Positions 22,506 to 35,839 of a DNA stretch of 64,000 nt are shown here, piece by piece (position 1 is the stretch's first letter; each line of letters opens with the position of its first letter). The stretch is from NCBI RefSeq assembly GCF_036971445.1, contig NC_091472.1, positions 11,966,001 through 12,030,000 on the forward strand, given 5' to 3'. The stretch comes from Narcine bancroftii (Eukaryota). The translations under genes were made by a program, and so were the position numbers. A model generated the notes under the pieces. It searched no databases. It was not told the DNA's origin and was given only the letters and a program-made list of their open reading frames with translations.

Positions 22506-24819
22506 ATCAGTGTATCCTGGGAGCTCAGTGCAAATGTTTTTTATGAAGGATTCCATTTCACACCTTGATAACTCCAATGCTTGATGATGCCTAAATATTT
22601 TCCCGAGATGGTTTTCTAAAATACAAGAAATTCCCAGTGCAAGGATCACACTGTGGACAATGTCTGTTAGGCTGCTTCAGTTGCAAGGAGTTGGACTTCT
22701 GCTTTATTTAGGCAAGGAGCAGATTAGAAACAGAAAAGTAGGAAGAGGGAAAGCAAACGCTGCCTGACCTGCTGAGTTTCTGTCCTTATTTCAGGTGTTC
22801 AACAATTGCAGTTTGGTTTTTTATTGGCTTTGTGCTTCCACTGGGGGCTGATAATGGAAATTTGAACATTGGGATTTGTTTCGACTCTTCATTTCAACAA
22901 CTTGATTATTTTTGGCTTGGTCTTCCTTGGGTGAAAAAAACATTGAAATCTACTGTATAAGATATTGAAATACAATGATTTAAAGACTTTGGTCCTCCTG
23001 TACCTTTCCTATAACTTGTGTAATTAACGTATACCGACACAAGATTTGTGTGGTGATCCTCCACTTTTTTGTGGTATTAATGAGGTGCTGGTTCACCTAC
23101 GCTCTGTTTCTTGACTGCGGTGGTCCTGTCGCAGTTCTTCCTGCCTTCAACCGCCTTACCAGACTTCTCTACTTTCCACAAATCCGAGCCGCTTCATATG
23201 TTTAAAACTGTCCTTGAGATTTACGTATATTTTGATGAGAAAATCATTTTGTATGTTCTGTAAGATTCATGGAACTGAATGTAGATAGACAGAAGGGATG
23301 CAGAGATGGACGCCAAGGTTCATCGAACATGGAACACTACAGCAGGGTCCTTCGCCCCTCGATGTTGTGCCAACTTGTATATTGCCACCAAAATTTTTTT
23401 AATAACGAAACCCTTCCTACCTTGTTACCCTCTTCTTTCATCCATGTGTTTGTCTCATAGCCTCCACCACCACCCCAGCAAGGCATTCCAAGCACCCACA
23501 ACTCTGTGCAATAAATAAATTGATAAATAAATCAAATTTAAAAAAAAATCTTATCCCTGTTGTTTCCCTAAAACTTTCCACCCTTCGGCTTTATCTATAT
23601 TCTCACATATCGTGGTTCAGTTTAAAAAAAGATCACTCTTCAATTTAAAATTATTGTTTGCACCTGCTATTGCTTGTAATTTTTGCTAATGGCTTAAATG
23701 CATTCTTTTCCTAATTTCCTAGATCAAACATGCCTACTTACTCAAGTAATTTATTTCAAAATTTAAAAAAAGCAATATACATGTAAAATCCTCTGTTTGG
23801 AATAATATCTAATTTGTCTTGGATGCCTTATGTTTTGCTTTTGAATATGGAGGGTTGGTTGGTTATTTGACTCGCTCTTTCTGCTCTTGTGTTTTATCTT
23901 CAAACCCTCAAACTTCCAAGTTACCCAGCTCCAGTTTGAAGCTTCCCTGTGTTCAAACAGTTGTATTTACTCAGTTCTTCACTTCTATTGGGGCTGTTTT
24001 GTGTTGGGGACAATTTGCATCAGTTCAGCTGAGGCAGGAGAGATTCTCAAGGTTGGCTGGGTTCTGTGGTTGGCTGGAAAATAATTGTGTGTGAGAATTC
24101 TTCGCCACCAACACCTGCTCAGCCATCCTTGGAGAGTGGAGTAACTCTCATGATGTTACTGCTTCAAGAGGTAGAGCTCAAACCAGCTGGAAATGTTACC
24201 CTCGCTTTCCCAGGAGATGTAATGTAAATCCTCATTTGAAATGGCTGATGTGAGAGGAAGGCTTGGGACCTTTCTCTGTGTATTGAACAGATTTACCTAT
24301 TACCGCCTACCTTTGCAACCATGCCTCCCTCACACTGCCCCCTCCCCCCACTCATTTATTTGGACTCATGCTGACATTTTTCCATACCTTGATAAAGGTA
24401 CTCCAGTCCAAAACGTTGGTTATGCATTTGTACCTTTGCTCTATAAAGGACAGTCCCTTAAGATTGTCATGGCCGAAGGTAGTGGGGAAAGGCTCCCACT
24501 GCTGCACAAATCCTCTTCATGGCGAGCGTCTCAAACAGCCTCTGACAACCAAGTCCAACTCCTGGCCTTCACCTGTGACATAGTTCTTGTGATCAGCAGA
24601 GCTGTTCTCACTGACAGGAGAAGGGGCAAAGGTGGGCCACTGGCACCTTGAAACCAGTTGCTCTAGGTAGATGGGGCTCATTAACCACAGATGGTAACTC
24701 ACATGGGAGAGGGAAAACTCTGATTTCAAACCTCTACTGCCTTGTGGCTATACCCGATCACGGGAAAGGCTTTGGGAGTAAACGCTGAAGAAAAATCTGG
24801 AGTTGGAGACCTGAAGGCT

Positions 24820-25390
24820 TGGGTCCTCTGGTACACATTTGCTCTGTCTGTATTAGTGACTAGCAACTCCCAGTGGCCAACCACTTCAATTTTACGCCCA
24901 ACTTCCATGCTGACATATCTCTCCATGGCCTCCTATACTGACCCCCGCAGACTACCTGCAAATTGGAGGAGCAACACTTAGTTTTCCATCTGGGTGCTCT
25001 CCAACTGGATGGCATTAACAGTGATTTCACCGGTTTCTGTTAGACCACTCTCTTCTTCCCTTTCCCTTTAGCTCTCCACGCCTTTCCCTCTCCATTCACA
25101 GTGCCATCCCTCCTCCCTCGTTTGCTGGTGTGGCAACCTTCCCCTATCCAACTATTACCTCCTGCCTGTGGGACTGTGCTCCTCCCTTGTATGTATGTTT
25201 TTCCTTTCCCCCCACCCCCCCCCCTCCATTTTGTTTGTGCGCCTGTCCACATTTGTCATACCTTGAAGGCTCAAGCCTGAAACTTTGGTTCTGTATCTTT
25301 GCTACATCAAGTACACTGTTTGACCTGCTGAGTCTCTCCATCATTGTGTCTTTACTTCATCCATAGAGTCTGAAGACTTTTGTGTTTTGT
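24820..25390 (+). mobile_element. Penelope-like element 3' part
   Basis: Frameshifted PVANHFN...KLEEQHLVFHLG GIY-YIG C-terminal remnant, then the CT-rich tail and terminal motif. Confidence 0.7.
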
Positions 25391-25929
25391 CCCACTTTTA
25401 ATAATTACCTGTTAACACCAGTCAAACCTTCCAACTACCATAGAATGTGAAATAATCTATGTGATAAGCCTTCACCAGTCTCTCTTTGGTTCTATTTTCA
25501 GTATGAAGTCATTCGCAATCTGAATATTTCCCAGAAATTTACAACTTCATGTATATTAGCAGTATCACTGAAAGGAAAGACCCAGGTATCTGATAAAGTA
25601 ATCATTTGAATTCCCAGAATTCAATGTCTTTGGACTAACGGCCCTTTGTTATTTTCCAGAGGATGATTCTGCAATTCCAGTGGGACCAGTGCCATTCCCA
25701 AAACCCCATTCCTTGTCATCATTGCACCAGAGAGCCTCCACATTTGATGACAACAATATTCAATCCTTTGTCATTTAAAAAACTCTTCTGGAATACCCCT
25801 ATTTTAGAATGCGCCAGGCACTCGGGGAATGATTAGAAATGCTCAACAGACCTTAAACATGTTAGTCTAGGGTTGATGTGTGAATACAATATATTACATT
25901 GACATACGTTTACACCTGGAAACTAGGAT

Positions 25930-27530
25930 GGTGACCCTTGTGTCAGTAGTAAGGAAGTTGTTGGAGAAGATTCTGGGGGACAGGTTATCAGAATGGTTTT
26001 GTGAAGGAGAAATGGACTCTCAGAAATCTGAGTTTTTTTGAGGAGGTAAGCAGAGCTATGGGTGTGGTTTATATGGACTTCAGTAAGGCTTTTGACAAGT
26101 CCTGCATAGCTTGGTAGGCTGGTCGAGAAAGTTAAGGTGCAAGAAATCTGGGGCAAACGGTGTACCATAGAGACTGGTTTGTGGACCTTTGTAAAATGTA
26201 AATGACTTGGATGAAAATGCCAGACAAGTGTGAGATGAAGCACTTTGGGAGGTCAAATTCTGGTAGGACCTTTAAAGTAATTGTCAGTGACTTTGATGCA
26301 CAGAGAGACCTTGGGGAGTAAGTCCATTATTCCCTGAAAGTAGCAACATGGGTGGTAGGGTAATGAAAAAGACATTTGGTATCCTTGCCTTCAGAGGCCA
26401 AGTCATTGAGCACTTGAGTTGGCCGATCATACACAAAACACTGGGTAGATTACATTTGGAGTACTGTGTAGTGCTGGTTGCCACCCTGGAGGAAGGATGT
26501 AGTAGAAAGGGAGAGATTTACCAGTGTCTTGCCTGGAATGGAGGATAGACTGTACTTATTCTCATTGGAACGTTGGAAACTGAAGGTTTCTGAAGTAGAG
26601 GCGCTGAAATGCTTTCTTCATGTTGGCATTAGCATAACAGGTCGATTCCCCCAATAATCACTGAATCATTTTCCTTTCTTAACATCTAGTCAGCTCCTTG
26701 GTCTTGGTGACATTGAGTTTGCCTTCAGCATCCTCTCAAATCCCACTTCTGATATCTGGAAGTTTATAAAATTATGAGGGTATATTGATAGAATGAATAG
26801 ACATACAGCATGGAAACAGCCTTTGGCCAACTTGCCCTCAATGACACACTAGTCCCACCTGCTTGTGTTTGGTTAATATCCTTCTAAATATCCAAATTTT
26901 TCTCGAACATTGCCTCAATCACCTCCTCCGACAGCCTGTTCCAGACACCCACCTCCCTCCCTCACCTTAGACCTCTGGCTACGGATTCCCTTACTCTGGG
27001 CAAAAGACTCTCTGCGTTCACCTGATTATAGTCCGCTCATGATTTTGAACACTTCTATAAAATCACTCCTCATCCTCCTGTGCTCCAAGGAATAAAGCCC
27101 TAGTCTGCTCAACTTCTCGCTATAGCTCAGGTCCCTGTGTCCCGGCAACATTCCGGGAAATCTCTGCACCCTCTCCTGCTTGATGACACATTTCCTGCAG
27201 CACGGTGACCAAAATTGAAGACATTATCACCGACATCTTGTACAACTGCAACATAACCTCCCGACTTATATCCTCGATGGGTTTTTTTTGCCCAGGACAG
27301 GAAGAGTCTAGAACTAGAAGGTATAGCTTTAAGGTGAGAAGGAAGCAACCCAAGGTCCTAGTTTCCCCACATAGAGGGTGAATATCTAGAATAAACCACC
27401 ATAAAAAGTGGTGGAGGCAGGAGCAACAAAGTTTCAAAGGCTCTTCGGGGAGGTAAATGGGATTAGTGTGGATCAGTATCTTGGTTGGCATGGATGAGGT
27501 GGGCTGAAAAGGCTAGTTTCTGTGTCCCCT
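25930..27530. mobile_element. Cluster of old CR1 fragments in both orientations
   Basis: YMDFSKAFDK, RLHLEYCV and SREVMLQLYK remnants. Confidence 0.65.
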
Positions 27531-28539
27531 CTACCACCACCCTGGTCCAAACTTTTTCTCACTGCTACCTCCAGGTAGAAGATACAGAAGCCTGAAGTCT
27601 AGCACACCTAATTCAAAAAGCTGTTATCCTACAGCTGTCAGGCTCCTCTACCTCCTTGCTAACCATCAACTATTCCAGGACACCAGATCTTGTACTAAAT
27701 GCAACTGTGAATATTTATCTATCCTTTTATATTTATCTCTTTTTTTCAGTCTGGGCCCCTTGTGGTAATTTGATATATAGGAGTTACTGTTTCTTGCTTG
27801 CTGCAGCCAAAGAGGTACACAATTACTGCAAGAGGATGAGAGACAATATAAGATTTAGAGGCATAAATAGAGTGGACAGCCAACTCCTTTTTACCAGGGT
27901 GTCAAGGTCAATACCATAAGACATTTATTTGAGGTGAGTGGATGAAAGTTTAGGGGAGATGTTAAAATTATTTTTTTTACACTTGAGAGGGTTGGGTGGC
28001 TGGAAATCACTGCTGGGAGTGGTGGAGGAGGCTGGTTCAATAAGCACCTGGATGTAAGAAAAATGGGGGGAGGGAGTGTTGTGGGCTGTGAGGTTGAGGG
28101 AAGGGTTAAAATGATGCTGGGATAGGTCAGCACAACATTGTGGGCCAAAGGGTCTACTGTACCATGCTTTAATTTTGGGGCATCTTTACATTGTACTTGT
28201 GTATATGATTAAAAAAAAACCTTCAATCTCATCCAGTTAGACAATGGCCACATCAGCCAAGTATAAGCAGTGATCCCAAAGGGAGTGAAAGAAATATAAG
28301 CCAATCAGTGGTGGGTGCCAGTAGGCTTGTCAGTGACCAGCCTGTCTGAAAGGTTCACTGCCAACCTCTATCACATATTGTTATTTTTACATGTTGCCAC
28401 ATTTAGAGTTGTTGCAAGAAATTTATTCAATGCTAATAGATAATTTTGCTCCCTCAAGTGGGTTGATGAATTCAGAATCAGTTTTTGTGGCATTAGAGTG
28501 CTAATATTGCTATAAAATTACATTTAAAAATAAATTAAT

Positions 28540-29230
28540 GCAAAAAAGAGAAAGTGAGGTAGTGTCCGTGGGTTCATTTTAAGTTCTGAAATCTGATGGC
28601 AGAGGGGAAGAAGCTGTCCTTTTGCTGCTGGGTGTTCGTCTGTGGGCTCTGGTACCTCCTTCCCGATGGTAGCAGTGTAAAGATGGCATGGCCTGGGTGG
28701 TGAGGGTCCTTCTTTGAGGTTAGAGGCTGTAAATGTCCTCAATGGAATGGAAACTGATGCCCATGACAGTACAGGCAGAGTTCATAACTCTGGAGTTTTT
28801 TTTTCTTGTCCTGTGCATTAACACCTACATGCTAGACAGTGATGCAACCAGTCAGAATGCTCTCCACCTGTAGAAATGTACAAGTCTTTGGTGGTATCCC
28901 AATCTCCTCAAAGTATAGCTGCTGGTGAACCTTCATCACGGCATCAGCATGGAGGCCCCAGAGTAGATCCTCAAAGATGTTGACATCCAGGAACTTGAAC
29001 CTCTTGACCCTTTCCACCATTGACCCCTCGGTGAGGACTGGTTTGCATTCTCCTGATATCCCCTTCCTTAAGTTCACAATCATTCCTTGGTTTTGCAAAC
29101 ATTGAATGCAAGGCTATTGTGACATTGCTCAATTAGCTGATCTGCCTTCCTCCTGTTCACTACCTCGTTACTCAAGGATTCAGCTGCAAAGGCCCAAGTT
29201 TTGGAACTTGTTGATCATTGATGGTATTGA
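28540..29230 (-). mobile_element. Rex1/Babar-like LINE fragment
   Basis: VERVKRFKFLDVNIFEDLLW...ESILTGCITV; resembles 7880-8350. Confidence 0.7.
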
Positions 29231-29404
29231 AAGATGCATACGATGCTCAGAAACCATATCACTTGGCAGGACAGTTGGGAATTAGAGGCATAAAACTGTC
29301 TGTGTGATCAGTTGTGTACTACCTAATGGTTAATAAAAAAGATTTGCAAGGCTATCAGGCAAGTGATCCTTTCATAAAACCAGTCACAGAGAATGACTGT
29401 ATTT

Positions 29405-29610
29405 ATTTAGCCCTACAGCCTTGTAACAGGCCCTTTTGGCCCATGAACTTGTGCTGCCCAATTGACATACAACCCTGGTACGTTTGAAGGGTGGGAGGAA
29501 ACCAGAGCACATGGACAAAACCCATGCAGACAGGGGGAGAATGGACCATCGCCTTACAGACAGCATCAGATTCAAACTCAAGTGGCTGTAATTGCTACAC
29601 TAACCCTACC
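29405..29610 (-). mobile_element. V-SINE (HE1-like)
   Basis: V-core TGCTCTGGTTTCCTCCCACC on the minus strand and the SINE tail. Confidence 0.75.
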
Positions 29611-30815
29611 TCCTGTATAGTTTCATTCTGCAGAATCAAATCCTGAGCTTGAAATGATGGGCAGATACATCTCTATTAATCATTCATTATAGGTTTTGAT
29701 GCATTTATGATATTTTTAAAATGTGTAGAAATTTTTTTTCCTCAGGACAATTTTTCAGTCATCGTCCCCAATTCCTTTCCAAATCCAACCTCCACACGTT
29801 TTTATTTAATTCTTAAGCAGGAATTGCATGTTTTTTTTGGGCAAATATGTGGATTATGATCAAATCTCATTGAAATCGTTATGCAAAGTATCAGGGGCAT
29901 GTTCCATCTCTCCTCTAGTCTCCGTTTTAGTAATGTCAGAAAATTAGCAATTGAAATTACAAACCAGTTATTTCCAGGGATATAAAACAAAAAGTGCAGC
30001 AACTGTGATTTGAAAGGTTTAAATAAAACATTATTAAGATCTTTAATGTCATTTTGAAGACAGTAATCATTAAATATTTATAGCACTTGATTGGCAATTT
30101 GGTCCATTATGTTGAAACTGACCAAAAATGGTGAGCAGTTTGCAACCCAATTAACAGGAAAAACTCTTATTTTCAAAATTTATTCAAAACCATATGTTGT
30201 TTAGTGCCACAATACATTTGGACCCCACTTCAATAAGAGTCAAAGCACACTTATTTTCCTGGTCAGTAGTGCATTTATTTTGCAGTTTAATTCACATTCA
30301 AAACCAATTCTGAGATGCACTTATTGTTTTATTTTAATCATTATGCAATCAAATATAGACATGGGGTGTTGAAAGGGTATCAATTCTAGCATTCCCATTT
30401 CTCCATTCACTGTGCCAACAACCTCAATATCTCCCAGAGGAAAAATCAGTCAATACTTAAAAGTAGTCAGTGAAATCTATATCTGTACACCCATAACATA
30501 CCTGTTTTGTGCAGTAACAGATTTCTGCCCATCTACTGACAAATCCATGCCCACCAGTACTTTACCACAATATCTCGAATAAGGGAGTTATAATGACAAG
30601 ATTGGGCCAGTCATTTGAAACTGAACTACATCGGATCTATTTGTAGATGTGGAGGCTTGATCACTATGGATATTTAAACAGGATAACATTTTGAAAAATA
30701 ATTGTTTGCTGTGGGGAACTGGCTTGGGATAAGACAGGCAATGATCAAGTTGAATGGTGGGGCAGATTTGAGGAACTGAGCAGCCTACTCCTAATATGCA
30801 GCAAAATCCCTGGTA

Positions 30816-31275
30816 TTCACGAGAATGTTGACAGGATTTCAGGGTCTGAGTTACAGGGAGAGGTTGTGCAGACTGGCGCTTTTTTCTCTGGAGCGTAGAA
30901 GATTGAGAGGGGACTTGATAGAGGTGTTTAAGATTTTAAAAGGGACAGACAGAGTAAATGTGGATAGGCTTTTTCAATTAAGAAAGGGGGAAATTCAAAC
31001 TAGAGGGCATGGTTTAAGATTGAAGGGGGAAAATTATAAGGGGAAATTTCTTTACGCAGATGGTGGTGGGGATGTGGAATGAGCTTCCGGCAGACGTGGT
31101 CGAGGCGGGATCATTGGTTACATTTAAGGAAAGACTGGATCGTTACATGGATAGGAGGGGACTAGAGGGGTATGGACCGGGTGCTGGTCAGTGGGACTAG
31201 GAGGGTGGGGATTTGCTACAGCATGGACTAGTAGGGCCGAACTGGCCTGTTCTGTGCTGTAAGAGGTTATATGGT
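30816..31275 (+). mobile_element. Young 5'-truncated CR1, apparently inside a Tigger/pogo-like MITE (about 30798-31440)
   Basis: LERRRLRGDLIEVFKILKG; 3' UTR shared with the antisense copy at 2350-2625. Flanks CAGCAAAATCCC and GGGTTTTACTG form imperfect TIRs. Confidence 0.8.
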
Positions 31276-32469
31276 ACCAATGGGTAGATATCAGACGTCA
31301 ATTTTCCGGTTGCTTGAAACTGCGTGTTGTGTGACTGGCAAACTAACCGAGGCGTGTCAATTTTAAATTTCTATATTATTTACTTATTTTCTGCAATTTT
31401 TTTGCCAGTTGCTTGAATTCCAGGTAATGGGTTTTACTGTTTTTAACTCTGATCCTTGGCACTAAATGGCATCTGGTGAATCTGGAGATACAGGCAGGCA
31501 GCAGGGCAGTGTGGTGGTGGGGGGGGGGAATATAGCTCCATCTCTGCAATATTTTTATAGGTCCTCACACGTGGTCTTGAAAGTGTCCTGACCTGAAACA
31601 ATGACTGTCCATTTCTCTCCATGGATGCGACCTGACCCAAGTCCCTCCAGCTTCTCATGGTTTCCTTGCACACACCTGTCTGGATGTGTAAGCTATTTCT
31701 TTTCAGAGTGGAGGGGGGGAAATGGGGACTCTCACCAGGGAGTGTGTGTTGAATGGCCTGACCAGATGCACTACACCTTAAGGTTATAGGTATGACAGGT
31801 TCTGAGTTGCATGACACATGCAGCATGGGAGTAGCAGGTTGTTAAGTCGGGGTACAGGTTAACTCCACCTCCTTGCCACCAGGGCTCTGGTTCATGAACT
31901 ATGGTCCTTCAAAGTGTGCTTGGCCATCTGGATAGTTATTAAAAGTGATGAGGGTTTCTATCTTCACCTTTCTTTCAGGCAGAATGTCAAAATCTCCACT
32001 ATTTATCAATAATTCACATCCCTCCACCAACTTCACTATCCTATTAATTATGTCTCCACAAGTTTTACAATAAGCAGGTTCAGGCAAGATCAGACTCTAC
32101 AGCTAATTAGGAGGCCAAAAAGCTACAAATATTTAAAAAACACGAAATAGAAGTCAGACATCAACAGAAAATATAAAAACTGAGAAAGTTATTTAGATGT
32201 ACACTGTTTTAAGGAGGCGACACCTGAGATAGTGTTTTTCAGCCCAACAAAATTGTATACATATTTCATAAATATTTCATTGATCTCTTAAATCAAATGT
32301 TTCATATGCAGTTGAGTAATTTTTCCATTAGGCAATTCCAAATTTGATTCACACCTCACTATTACTTGGTTATTTTGAAAAACTAAGAGTTTGGTGGGGG
32401 CAGGACAGAGGAATTATTTAATCTCTCAATGACATGATTAAGCCAGTTGTCATATTGCCATAAAGTAAA

Positions 32470-33790
32470 ACAAAAGTCTGCAGACACTGTGATTGTAGTA
32501 AAAACACAATACTGGAGAACTCAGGAGGTCTCACAGGAGGTAGATATATACTGTAACCAACATTTCAGGCCTGAGCCCTTCAAGCTATGAGTAAAAAGTA
32601 GGCAGGCAGCAAAATTAAAAAGACCAGGGAGGGAATGGGCTGGGGAGGAGTACAGGCCAACAAAAAGGTGTTAATTGGAAATGGATGGGACATAGGAGAA
32701 AAGGTGAAGATTGGGGATGGGGCTCTGGAAGCAGAAATGGGGGAAAGGGGACATCAGGAAAGATGGGAGGGGGGTGGCTAACAAAACACTGATAAGTCTA
32801 TTCTAATGCCATTTCATTGAAGGGTGTCCAGATGGAATGAGGTGCTGTTCCTCCAATTTGTGGTTGATCTCAGTTTGGCAGTGCATGAGACCATGGACAG
32901 ACATGTCAGCAAGGGAATGGGGTGGGGAAATTAAATGGGTGCCCATTGGAAAATCCCTGCTAATACAGCAGAGCCAAGATGCTCAGCGAAATGATCTCCC
33001 AGTCTGTGTCCAGTCTCTCCGATGTAAATGCCATAACAGGGCATTGGATGCAGTAGTCAACCACTGCAGATTCACAAGTGTTGTTTCCCTTGGAAGAACT
33101 ATTTATGGCACTGAATTGTGAAGCAGGAAGTGTGGGCACAAGTTGCACCCCTCCTGCACAAGGGTGGGTGCCAAGTGGGTTATTGAAAGGGAGGAGTGGA
33201 TGAAGGATTCATGGAGGGACAAGTCCCTACAGAAGGCAGAGCGGGGACGAGCAGGGTAGATGTATCTGGTAGTAGATTTCAGAAATAGTGCGCGATATAG
33301 TAGTTTGATGAGATTCGGTGGTAAGTAAAAGAGAGGTAAGTAAAAGGAGGTATCTGAGAGTTGACATCTAGTATCAACCTGAGGTTAGTGCGCCAGATCA
33401 CAAAAGCACCACCCTTGGGATTAGTGCAGATAGAGTGAAGGCCCAGCATTCCAAGGGGTGAGAATAGAATGAGTGAGGGGTGAAATTGAGGTGGTTGATA
33501 TGTCGGTGGCAGTTGGAAGTGTAAAGGTCCAACCAGGCAGAAGGCCAGAATGGTCTCCAGGAGAGGAAGGAGGTGGTCTGGAGCAGGGGGTGGAAAATCC
33601 TGGTTTATAAAAGTGGGGATGGAGCCGACAGAAGAGTTCAGCATCATAGCCTGCACTGAACTCAATGAGGTGCGGATGGGGTCAAAGGTGACAGCTCTAC
33701 TGAGGACAGTGTGTTCTGTCTCTGAGAGGGGAAAGTTGGAGGGGACAATAAAGATCAAGCAGGGGATGGATCAGGAGGTGGAGAGTAGAA
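32470..33790 (-). mobile_element. Decayed Penelope-like element
   Basis: NTCESAVVDYCIQC (GIY-YIG region), LSETEHTVLSR..F.P and KGGAFVIWR (PLE RT N-terminal motifs); terminal motif at 32500-32590. Confidence 0.7.
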
Positions 33791-34138
33791 AGGATCTGAG
33801 AGAGGGGCATCATAAATTGTTTACAAAAAATAAAAAGGGCATTTAAAAAAATTGGGGACTTGACTCCCTGTTAAAATACGGGGTTAGTAAGTTACATGGT
33901 GTATTTGGATGGGCAAAAGAGCCTGTAACTGTGCTGAATCTCTGAATTTAAAAAATATAAATGGGTTCATTGGTGCAGTGGGTCCATACCAGAAATGTAT
34001 TCCTCACACAAGCTACCTTCTCTTCACCAACCCTAAAGCAAGGAGTTATCAATAAAAAGGGGGTGAAAGTGTACAGAAAGAGCACCAAAACTAGCAGTCA
34101 CAAACACAAGTGACACAAAAAGCACAAGTTCAGGGGGT

Positions 34139-34144
34139 TTTATT
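34139..34144 (-). terminator. HNRNPU: Probable HNRNPU proximal polyadenylation signal (AATAAA)
   Basis: AATAAA on minus about 265 nt after the stop codon, followed by a GU-rich tract CTTGTGCTTTTTGTGTCACTTGTGTTTGTG. Confidence 0.65.
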
Positions 34145-34407
34145 TGATAAAATTTTACAGAAAAAAAATGCAGAAACTGAAAATGTTTTTGTCCTCTAGA
34201 AATTGGAGGTTCACCACATTCCACCTAAACAATTAAAATGTAAAAAAATAAAAGACACTTAAAAATCAATTAATTGATAAAGCTTCCAAATACGACCTGC
34301 AGGCACTTTGTTTTGGAATGTTTAAAAATCAAGATTAAAAAAGTTGACATCTCTTGGTTGAAGTTACAGCTGCGGTGAAACAGTCGTTGGATCACTCTCT
34401 GCAGATC

Positions 34408-34464
34408 CTAGTAGTAGTCTTTATTATACTGATTACTGAACTGGGACCAGAACTGCTGAAGTCG
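34408..34464 (-). CDS. HNRNPU: hnRNP U last coding exon 14 (RLQQFWSQFSNQYNKDYY*)
   Basis: CCTTGCAG| acceptor and TAG at 34408-34410. QFW...YY end as in human hnRNP U. The exact acceptor is uncertain because more in-frame CAGs follow. Confidence 0.85.
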   Translation of the reverse strand, partial: RLQQFWSQFSNQYNKDYY

Positions 34465-35734
34465 CTGCAAGGTTATAAAATAAGAAACTAGGTGAGTAGG
34501 ATAAACAATGCAAGAATTAAAATGACTAAAATAAGTTCAACCATATTAAAAGCAACTTGACTGGGTCATTTGACTTGTTATTGTTGCATGTTGAGCAAAA
34601 AATTACTCCGGAAATAGACGGACAGTATATTAAATGTGGGGAGATCAGGTTCTTTATCAATTGGTATGGAATGGCTGCTGACTGCATCCTTTCCCAAGGG
34701 CTCTCCATGTTTAATAATGGAAAGCAAACTAGCCATTATTTTGTTTAGTAGCTTCAGTGCCAGAATAAGTCCGTATTTATATTATCTGTCAATTTTAGAA
34801 GTGCAATAAATTCTCATTAATTGTAACACATTTCCATGCAGCAAATCCAACTAATCAATTTGCACTACCAACAATATGGGAATTGGCAGAAAATCTGTTA
34901 TGATGTCAATGCGTGGGGGAGGAAAAGATTAAGATATTGGATACTGCTCGTATCCAAGTTGGAGATATTCTAACACCTGATCAGGAGACATTCAGGACTA
35001 CACTGAATTGTTAGCCTTGAGTTGTTAACTCTGGCAACAATTGATGATTTTTTAAAAAAATGTACACATTCATTGACAAAACAGAACTACTGCTCTAGCA
35101 TTATCCTCTCCAAGACATGCTTATCACATTTTAACAATCTCAAGACTGGAAACACTATACCCTCAAAGGAATAAACTCCAGATGCTGGAAAACTGAATTA
35201 AAAACAAAATTTTGGAAGCACTCAAAATGGCAAATGATTGTTGACTGGAATATTAAGGGTTTCTCTCCATTGAGGTGGTGCAACTTGCCAAATGCTGAAC
35301 ATTTTGTTTTCATTTGGAATCCCGCAGCCAACAAGGTACAACCTCCTTTTTCTGATCCAACTTTAAACTATTTTAAGATCCTCTACATCTTGAATAAACA
35401 GGCATCCATTTAAGATGTCAATATTCCTACCAGTTCTCATCCTCAGCTGCCTTTTACATAGAATTTTAAAAAATGGTTTTAAGAGTTTAGAGTCATACGT
35501 GGAAACGGGCCCTTTGGCCCAACTTGTCCAGTGACCAAAATGTCCCACCTGGCTGTGTTTGGTCCATATCACTCTAAACCTATCCCATCTAAGTACCTAT
35601 ACAATCAGCAGATAATATGCTAACATCGTACCTTAAATATTTCTTAATAACTAAACCAAGATCATTCAATGGAAGAAGGAACTTTATCACCATTCAGGTA
35701 AACACCCAGTCACTCTTGGATCACAGTTACTTAC

Positions 35735-35839
35735 CGCCTGCTGCTGACGGTTCCAGTTCTGTTTGTAGCCCTGACCTAGGTTGTAGCTTTCGTTTCTGTA
35801 GCCTTGGTTGTAGCCACGATTTCCCCTGCCCCTGAAATT
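35735..35839 (-). CDS. HNRNPU: hnRNP U exon 13 (NFRGRGNRGYNQGY...QQQA)
   Basis: CTACAG| acceptor and |GTAAGT donor, 105 nt, phase 0/0. NFRGRGN matches the human exon start. Confidence 0.9.
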
